Assembly (NCBI GenBank): GCA_964432865.1 | Contig: CAYSOY010000002.1 | Span: 35,187 to 48,990, forward strand | DNA: 13,804 nucleotides | Source of the DNA: an uncultured Methanosarcinales archaeon | Lineage (GTDB): Archaea; Nanobdellota; Nanobdellia; Woesearchaeales; UBA525 | Reading direction: 5' to 3' | Shown: piece by piece, positions 1-5,484 of the stretch | Position numbering within the stretch: the first letter of the stretch is position 1 | Layout of the letters: each line of letters starts with the position of its first letter | Made by a program: the position numbers and the translations under genes | The notes under the pieces: model-generated | What the model was told of the DNA's origin: nothing | The model's input: the letters and a program-made list of their open reading frames with translations, nothing else | Database searches by the model: none

Positions 1-731
1 AAGATCTCGACCACAAGTACAATCAGAGCACGCTCGGAGTGGTCCAGAGAAGACTCATGAACCTTCTTGACATAACCTACGATGAGGACAGATTGGTCTG
101 CAACGGCGCTTTCAAAACAGACAGAGGAGAGACTACTGTTAGAGACATCTTTTCTGAACTGGAGTCAGGGAGAACCGTCGTGGTAAACACCTCGAAGTTC
201 AACGGACCGAAAGAGATACTTGTAGGGAGTCTGCTGGCAAGAAAAGTTCTTAAGATGTACAAGTTCTACAAGAAAGAAGGACGTTTAGATGAAAAACCGG
301 TTGTAAGCGTGGTGTTGGAAGAGGCGCCTCGCGTCCTTGGAAAAGAGGTTCTTGAAAAAGGGCCGAACATATTCTCGACCATAGCTCGTGAAGGAAGAAA
401 GTTTAAGACAGGACTGGTAGCGATTACTCAGCTTCCGAGCTTGATACCGAGAGAGGTCTTAGCGAACATGAATACCAAGATAATACTCGGCACGGAGATG
501 AAGCCCGAGAGAAGAGCGATTATAGAGAGCGCTGCTCAAGACCTGAGCAGGGACGACCGCAACATCGCCTCTCTGAACAAAGGAGAGACCATTGTAACCA
601 GCAACTTCACAAAGTTCGCACTACCGATAAAAACTCCTTTAATAGATGATTTTATAAAAGATTATAAAGAAAAAAAGAAAGAAGGAGACGAAGGAAACGT
701 AGAAGAAAGAGTATATCAAGGGCTCGGATAG
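1..731 (+). CDS. HerA-like (DUF87, FtsK/HerA-superfamily) P-loop ATPase, C-terminal part; 5' end lies outside the window
   Basis: The frame of the listed 39..731 ORF stays open back to nt 3 ([12 protein letters not shown] precedes the GTG used by the ORF track), so the gene is cut by the window edge. The motifs [10 protein letters not shown] (hydrophobic strand + EE, a HerA-type Walker B), [37 protein letters not shown] and LNKGETIV occur in the order typical of archaeal HerA/DUF87 ATPases. Stop TAG is at 729-731. Confidence 0.75.
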   Translation, partial: DLDHKYNQSTLGVVQRRLMNLLDITYDEDRLVCNGAFKTDRGETTVRDIFSELESGRTVVVNTSKFNGPKEILVGSLLARKVLKMYKFYKKEGRLDEKPVVSVVLEEAPRVLGKEVLEKGPNIFSTIAREGRKFKTGLVAITQLPSLIPREVLANMNTKIILGTEMKPERRAIIESAAQDLSRDDRNIASLNKGETIVTSNFTKFALPIKTPLIDDFIKDYKEKKKEGDEGNVEERVYQGLG

Positions 732-809
732 GAAAAAAGAGTTTAAAAAATGAAAAAAATTTAATAAAAAACATAGAAAACAGCAAAGGATTGAAACAAG
801 GTAGATATA

Positions 810-1625
810 ATGGTTAAAGCGAAGGTTTTTTTTAAAGAAATAAAGAGTGGGATAAGTAATTTTTGTGAACTTTATGATGGTTGGGATGATGTGAATTATG
901 AGAACTATAAAGATTTGAAGAATAAATATGATATGTTATATAGATATATAAGATTGTTAAAAAATGATAGATTGTTAAAAAATGATAAGATCTGGATGCA
1001 TAAAAAGTTTAAGAAAGAGAAAATGAAGGATATATTAGAAAAGATTATAAGAAATTTTGATCCTGTTTCTAGTAATGATTCAGATGGTAATATAAGATTT
1101 ATAAGAGTTCAGAACGCTGAAAGAATATACTACTTCATTAAAGGTGTTTATGAAGAATTAATAAACAGTAAAAATAAAGGGGAAAAAAAAGTTGGATCAA
1201 GTATTGGCAAAGAGTTTGAAAATATATTGAAAAAGGAGAAGATTCATTTAAAGGAAAGTTGGAAAGAAAAGGTAGATATGGATAAAATAGATAAATTAAA
1301 TAAGATTCTAAAGAAGATTAATTTGCAGTCAGAAAGCGAAAGTTCTAAATTAAAAAATAATTTTAGAGAGTTGGTGAGCTGTATTAAAAAAGGAGAAGAA
1401 CCAGAATCTATAAAATGGATTATTGTATATCTTGAAGGTATAAAGTATGGTCAAGAAGCATCAGTTGAATTAACAGGTCTATCAAAATATGTAACTTTTA
1501 AAGATAGAAAAAATAACGTTAAGATAGTTAAAGGATTTATAGAAGGCCAAGAGAGTTATGAAAATATTACTTATACAAAATTATTTCAATTGAATGAAAA
1601 ACTAAAACCGGAGAAAGTCAGTTAA
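810..1625 (+). CDS. hypothetical protein, 271 aa, K/N/E-rich, no recognisable domain
   Basis: Long ORF with an ATG start in a very AT-rich region, where random stop codons are frequent, so an open 816 nt is meaningful. AGGT at 799-802 lies 7 nt upstream of the ATG, and a TATA-like TTTAATAAA sits at 760-768. The ORF contains an in-frame 18-bp tandem duplication (RLLKND x2). I recognise no family motif. Confidence 0.6.
   Translation: MVKAKVFFKEIKSGISNFCELYDGWDDVNYENYKDLKNKYDMLYRYIRLLKNDRLLKNDKIWMHKKFKKEKMKDILEKIIRNFDPVSSNDSDGNIRFIRVQNAERIYYFIKGVYEELINSKNKGEKKVGSSIGKEFENILKKEKIHLKESWKEKVDMDKIDKLNKILKKINLQSESESSKLKNNFRELVSCIKKGEEPESIKWIIVYLEGIKYGQEASVELTGLSKYVTFKDRKNNVKIVKGFIEGQESYENITYTKLFQLNEKLKPEKVS
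951..986 (+). repeat. perfect 18-bp tandem duplication (2 copies), in frame within CDS 810..1625
   Basis: AGATTGTTAAAAAATGAT occurs at 951-968 and again at 969-986, encoding RLLKND twice. Confidence 0.95.
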
Positions 1626-1924
1626 TATACTTCTATTTCAACCTCGTTATTAAGATATTCATTTAAAGAATCTTTATAACATTCTAAAGCAGATTCTATA
1701 AGTATATTCGAAATCTTATAACTTTTTCCAATATACTCTCCGTTTACATTATGTAATATTGTTTTTTCATCAGGTTCAGAAGATGTTATGACTTGTAATG
1801 TGACTGAATCATCTTTATCTAATCTTTCTTTTAATTCATCATAAAAGGATACCGTTAATTCCTCTAAATTTATTGAAGAATCTTTATTATCAGGTTCTTT
1901 TTCAAATTTTAAAATATCTCCCAT
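1622..1924 (-). CDS. hypothetical small acidic protein, 100 aa
   Basis: ATG at 1924 with a palindromic TATA box TTTATAAA (1950-1957) centred about 29 nt upstream, giving leaderless-type geometry. The gene is convergent with 810..1625, and the two stop codons overlap within TTAA (1622-1625). The product is D/E-rich with no recognisable domain. Confidence 0.6.
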   Translation of the reverse strand: MGDILKFEKEPDNKDSSINLEELTVSFYDELKERLDKDDSVTLQVITSSEPDEKTILHNVNGEYIGKSYKISNILIESALECYKDSLNEYLNNEVEIEVY

Positions 1925-1937
1925 AGATTAAACTAAT

Positions 1938-1967
1938 AATCGAAATGAATTTATAAAACTTTCGATT
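1938..1967 (-). promoter_or_regulatory. TATA box TTTATAAA (1950-1957) flanked by an 8-bp inverted repeat AATCGAAA / TTTCGATT; promoter plus candidate operator of gene 1622..1924
   Basis: The arms lie at 1938-1945 and 1960-1967 and are perfectly complementary. The TATA box is centred about 29 nt upstream of the ATG at 1924. Confidence 0.5.
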
Positions 1968-1988
1968 TTTAACTATCATTAAGTAAAT

Positions 1989-2034
1989 AAAACAATTGTT
2001 TTCTATATTGAAAAGATATCTGGCGTGGAAAAAA
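1989..2034 (-). terminator. candidate terminator of the cluster: T6 tract (2029-2034 on the coding strand) plus the 14-bp palindrome AAAACAATTGTTTT (1989-2002)
   Basis: An oligo-T run begins 10 nt after the DUF58 TGA. Oligo-T tracts are the known archaeal termination signal. The palindrome lies further downstream. Confidence 0.45.
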
Positions 2035-2043
2035 CAGAAGAGT

Positions 2044-2892
2044 TCAAGTCAGGATGTGATAAAAAGTCTCGAAGATGGGGGTATTGGAAGTTACAGAGAT
2101 AAAAGAAGCCTCTGCTTCCTCGGAGATATCCTTCAGTTTAAAAATGTGGTCTTCCAACTTCTCCGTATACTTATTCTTAATCCTGTTGGAGATATAAGTT
2201 CTCATCTTGTCATGAGTCTCGGCGTCCTCCAAAATAGTATCTCCGGAGAGGGAGAGTTCTCTCTCCTCAGGGTCCAGAACCTGAACCACAAAAATCTCCG
2301 ACTTGTTGTACCTCTGAAGAACCTCCTGGACGTCATCCAGGTCGTAAAGAAAATCCGAGATGACAACAATCAGACTCCTGCTCTTGATATTGTTCTTGTA
2401 AGAATTAATAGCACCACGAAAATCAGACTTACCACCAACCTCCAAGTTAGAAAGATAATCAGTTATTTTCAACAACTGGTTCATGCCCTTCTTCGGCTTA
2501 AACTGAGTTACCTCGTCAGTAAAAGTGTTAAAGTTGAACCTCTCGTTGTTCTTGTAAGCCATGTATGTGAAGCCCAGGCCTATCTTGGCAGCGTATTCAA
2601 ACTTGCTCTCGCCGGATCCAAACTTCATACTGCCGGAACTATCCACCAGCACGTGCACAACCAGGTTCCTCTCCTCCTCGTACCTCCGCACAAAAAGGTT
2701 GCCGGTCCTGGCATAAATCTTCCAATCTATGTTTCTAAAATCATCTCCTGGGACGTAAGGCTTGTAATCTCTAAAAATAAGCCCCTCCCCCATTCTTTCA
2801 GACTCGTGCCTGCCGGCAGAGGTAGAATAGACCTTTCTCTTAAGAACAAGTTGAAGCCTGTCCAAACTCCTGAGGAACTCCGTGTCAATCAT
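2044..2892 (-). CDS. DUF58 family protein (vWA-fold, MoxR-associated)
   Basis: GLIFRDYKPYVPGDDFRNIDWKIYARTGNLFVRRYEEER followed by the MIDAS-type VLVDSSGSM (DxSxS) is the hallmark of DUF58 proteins encoded next to MoxR ATPases. The ATG at 2892 is preceded by GGAG (2902-2905) at 9-nt spacing. A T6 tract follows the stop on the coding strand (2029-2034). Confidence 0.9.
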   Translation of the reverse strand: MIDTEFLRSLDRLQLVLKRKVYSTSAGRHESERMGEGLIFRDYKPYVPGDDFRNIDWKIYARTGNLFVRRYEEERNLVVHVLVDSSGSMKFGSGESKFEYAAKIGLGFTYMAYKNNERFNFNTFTDEVTQFKPKKGMNQLLKITDYLSNLEVGGKSDFRGAINSYKNNIKSRSLIVVISDFLYDLDDVQEVLQRYNKSEIFVVQVLDPEERELSLSGDTILEDAETHDKMRTYISNRIKNKYTEKLEDHIFKLKDISEEAEASFISVTSNTPIFETFYHILT

Positions 2893-2979
2893 CTCGAACC
2901 ACTCCGCAAAAACGCACTACAAAACTGCTCTGAAAACTCAGCAAACATTAGAGGACAAAAAACAGGCGCACTGCCAGCA

Positions 2980-3936
2980 TCACACCATATTAATAATCTC
3001 TTCAATCACGTCGTCAGGAGACTTGCCGTCCCTCTCCGCCTCAAAACTCAGCACCAAGCGGTGCCTCAAAACAGGATAAGCCATCTTCTCCACGTCTTCC
3101 AAAGAGACGTATTTCCGACCGTCCAGAAGAGCCCTTGCTTTGGCAGAGAGCACCAGTCCCAGACTCGCACGCGGGCTGGCGCCGTACTCCACGAGGTCAG
3201 GAACCTTCCTGGTCTTCGTAACCATCTTGACCGCCTTGGTCTTTATATCATTAGCTATCGGCACCTGCCGTGTGAGTTTCTGAAGAACTTTCAGAGAATC
3301 ACCTGAGAGAAGAGTGTTCAAGTCCTCGATGTCGTCCGCCTGCGTGTACCTGTCAACAATCTCCATCTCGTTGTCAAACTCGGGGTAGTCGAGAAGTATC
3401 TTGAACAAGAACCTGTCAGTCTGCGCCTCGGGGAGAGGATATGTTCCCTCCTGGTCTATCGGGTTCTGAGTAGCCATGACAAAGAAAGGTCTGTCAAGAG
3501 AGAAAGTCTGGTTCCCCACAGTGACCTGCTTCTCCTGCATCGCCTCAAGCATCGCCGCCTGTGTCTTCGGAGTAGCCCTGTTTATCTCGTCAGCAAGTAT
3601 TATGTTAGCAAAAATCGGCCCTTTCTGAAACTTAAAAACCTTTTTCCCCTCTCGCTCCTCTATAACGTAGGTCCCAATTATGTCAGAAGGCATAAGGTCC
3701 GGAGTATTCTGGATTCTGTTGAACTCAAGACCCAGCACCTCGGAGATCGCCCTTATCATACTCGTCTTCCCCAACCCGGGGTAACTCTCAAGGAGAGCGT
3801 GTGCGTCGCAGAGCATAGCTATCAGTATCTGTCTCAAGACCTTTTTCTGACCAACTATTTTCTTTCCTACCTCGCTGGTCAGGTCGGTAAAAGTAGCCTT
3901 CAGTTTGTCAATATCCTTTACTTTGTCCTTCTCCAT
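2980..3936 (-). CDS. moxR: MoxR-family AAA+ ATPase
   Basis: Walker A is ESYPGLGKTSM and Walker B is IILADEINRATPKTQAAMLEAMQE, with downstream FFVMATQNPIDQEGTYPLPEAQTDRF and GASPRASLGL. This is the canonical MoxR motif series. The ORF track starts at a TTG (3960). I prefer the ATG at 3936 because a strong SD, GGAGGT (3944-3949), lies 7 nt upstream of it. Confidence 0.92.
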   Translation of the reverse strand: MEKDKVKDIDKLKATFTDLTSEVGKKIVGQKKVLRQILIAMLCDAHALLESYPGLGKTSMIRAISEVLGLEFNRIQNTPDLMPSDIIGTYVIEEREGKKVFKFQKGPIFANIILADEINRATPKTQAAMLEAMQEKQVTVGNQTFSLDRPFFVMATQNPIDQEGTYPLPEAQTDRFLFKILLDYPEFDNEMEIVDRYTQADDIEDLNTLLSGDSLKVLQKLTRQVPIANDIKTKAVKMVTKTRKVPDLVEYGASPRASLGLVLSAKARALLDGRKYVSLEDVEKMAYPVLRHRLVLSFEAERDGKSPDDVIEEIINMV

Positions 3937-3943
3937 CTGAAAA

Positions 3944-3949
3944 ACCTCC
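3944..3949 (-). promoter_or_regulatory. Shine-Dalgarno site GGAGGT for moxR
   Basis: The minus strand reads CGGAGGTTTTTCAGATG, with 7-nt spacing to the ATG at 3936. Confidence 0.7.
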
Positions 3950-4018
3950 GTTTTGAACAAAAAACACCAGTCTTAAACTCATATTTCTACTCTACTTTAA
4001 AAAATTTAGCATTTTATC

Positions 4019-4810
4019 TCAGCACTTATCTACCAGTTTACAATACTCCCCCGCAGCTTTCAACTCCTGAACGTCCTTGAGGTTGCAGTCCTTGCAGGCG
4101 CCGGCAGCGGTACCACCCACGTCTTCAGGAAACATCTCCTCTCCCTTCTCACCGTCAGACGCGGGGTCTTCTACCTCGTTGAAATTTACCTCGTTCAAAG
4201 AAGATTTTATATCCACTCCGAGTTTCTTGTCCTCGAGTTCTGCCAACTTCACATCTCCGTAGAGAGAATCATCTCCCACGTCCACCTCGGGCTTCTTCGA
4301 ATCATTCTTCTTAAAACCTCCTGCCCAGTCCTCAAGAGCGCCGATCTCCTCGGCAAACGGGTTTTCAAACTTATTGACGTTCACGTTGAAAAAAGCCAGC
4401 CCGACTAAGAGAAAAGATATTACAAAGATAACGCCTATCTTGTACAGGACGAATCTCATGTCGAAGAAAGAACCGCTCGAGACATCTCTCACCTTCTCCT
4501 TCACGTCGGAGAAAAGACCCCTCACCATCAGGTTCTCCCTGTCCTCATTGTCACGGGCAGTTCTGAGCATCTCCTTCAATCGAGGGTTTCTCTGCTCCAC
4601 CTTGTTCAGATCTATCTTTTTAGAATAGGCGTAATATCTGTAAAGAAAGAAAGGAAGAGTCAGCACGAGAGCATATATAATTTTTATAGAAAACAAAGAA
4701 AACAACAAGTTCATAACCAGAAAGAAAAGAGTCGAATCTATCACAGAGTTGAGAAGTGATATCTTTGCCACTTCATACCGTATCTCTCCAAACAGGTCTC
4801 TTATCGCCAT
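4019..4810 (-). CDS. hypothetical 3-TM membrane protein with an acidic C-terminal domain ending in CX2C-X14-C-X5-C
   Basis: Three hydrophobic segments are present: STLFFLVMNLLFSLF, IIYALVLTLPFFLY and FVLYKIGVIFVISFLLVGLAFF. A K/R-rich loop lies between TM2 and TM3. A D/E-rich tail of about 115 aa ends in GACKDCNLKDVQELKAAGEYCKLVDKC. It is co-oriented within the MoxR/vWA cluster. The start is uncertain: ATG 4810 (preferred) or TTG 4822. Confidence 0.7.
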   Translation of the reverse strand: MAIRDLFGEIRYEVAKISLLNSVIDSTLFFLVMNLLFSLFSIKIIYALVLTLPFFLYRYYAYSKKIDLNKVEQRNPRLKEMLRTARDNEDRENLMVRGLFSDVKEKVRDVSSGSFFDMRFVLYKIGVIFVISFLLVGLAFFNVNVNKFENPFAEEIGALEDWAGGFKKNDSKKPEVDVGDDSLYGDVKLAELEDKKLGVDIKSSLNEVNFNEVEDPASDGEKGEEMFPEDVGGTAAGACKDCNLKDVQELKAAGEYCKLVDKC

Positions 4811-4881
4811 CTTCAAAACCAAAACTTGACAACGCGTTTTCTTTCCACATACTCTTCCTTAATAAATTTTATTTAAACTTT

Positions 4882-5394
4882 CTAATCGACCATGTCGCAC
4901 TCATCAATCCCTTCTTCAAGCGAAGTAAGAGTATCGCAGGCTTCACCCAGAGCGTCCTCTAAATTATTCGCTTCATTGACTTTCGAAACATAACTGTCGT
5001 TGAGGATCTGATAATCACTCTTCACCTCCTCGTACTTGCTCTTGAACTGCTCCGCTTCCAGAGTCTTCAGGTTGAGTTTTGACTTCGTATCCTCCAACTT
5101 TTTCTTCTTCTTCTTCAACTCAGCCACTTTGTTCTCGTAAAGAGTGTCGTACTTCTTCACATCCTGAGAAGTAGAGTTCAACTCCTCTTTTGTCTGATGA
5201 AGTCTGTCCTTGTAGTTCTGGACTCTGCCCTCGCATTTCTGAAGAGACTGCGCCTTCTGCTCGTAAGCAGAGGTCCTGTTCTGCAAGGTGGTATTAAAAA
5301 ACACAGTAGTCGCGGCAGTCACGATCACAACCGCTGCGAGCACGATTACAAGCAAGAGGTTTATCTTCTTTCCCAAAAATGAATCATCTGCCAT
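4882..5394 (-). CDS. hypothetical single-pass membrane-anchored coiled-coil protein, ~170 aa
   Basis: The N-terminal anchor is KKINLLLVIVLAAVVIVTAATTVFF, followed by a long heptad-like K/E/L-rich stretch. Four N-X-S/T sequons are present (NTT, NRT, NST, NDS). The C-terminus reads ACDTLTSLEEGIDECDMVD (C-X12-C). I prefer the ATG at 5394, which is preceded by AAAGGTTGAT, over the TTG at 5427 used by the ORF track. Confidence 0.7.
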   Translation of the reverse strand: MADDSFLGKKINLLLVIVLAAVVIVTAATTVFFNTTLQNRTSAYEQKAQSLQKCEGRVQNYKDRLHQTKEELNSTSQDVKKYDTLYENKVAELKKKKKKLEDTKSKLNLKTLEAEQFKSKYEEVKSDYQILNDSYVSKVNEANNLEDALGEACDTLTSLEEGIDECDMVD

Positions 5395-5484
5395 AGTATC
5401 AACCTTTCTCAGCCAATCCGTTCTCAACCAACAAAAAGAGTATCAAGCAAATGCATTACATTAAAACATTAGCCCATTAAAATA

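Noticed and set aside
788-797. GGATTGAAAC, which resembles the conserved 3' end (ATTGAAAC/G) of many CRISPR repeats
   Set aside because: It is a single occurrence, and no regularly spaced copies of any 24-40-nt unit are nearby. The only other ATTGAAA (about 2006) is 1.2 kb away in a different context.
731-2048. Imperfect direct repeat GGAAAAAAGAGTTTAA (731-746) versus GGAAAAAAcagaaGAGTTCAA (2027-2047) at the two edges of the AT-rich island, a possible target-site duplication
   Set aside because: The shared part is short, A-rich, and needs a 5-nt gap plus a mismatch. That is within chance expectation for A-rich terminator regions. It is kept only as a weak hint under the island finding.
1996-3306. 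436-aa plus-strand ORF spanning the DUF58 gene and part of moxR
   Set aside because: It is antisense to two genes with unmistakable family motifs. Its translation is low-complexity (L/V/R/S/P-rich) with no motifs. It is a typical shadow ORF produced by the codon bias of the opposite strand.
5099-5116. (AAG)4-AAA-AAG run encoding KKKKKK in the coiled-coil protein, a possible slippage or phase-variation tract
   Set aside because: It is a trinucleotide repeat, so slippage keeps the frame. The run is short and fits the generally K-rich coiled coil. Nothing suggests switching.
77-5382. Short antisense ORFs 77-262(-), 2882-3079(+), 3799-4080(+), 4077-4262(+), 4374-4628(+), 4756-4962(+) and 5197-5382(+)
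   Set aside because: Each is 61-93 aa, lies opposite a better-supported gene or straddles gene ends, and has no SD or TATA support and no motifs.
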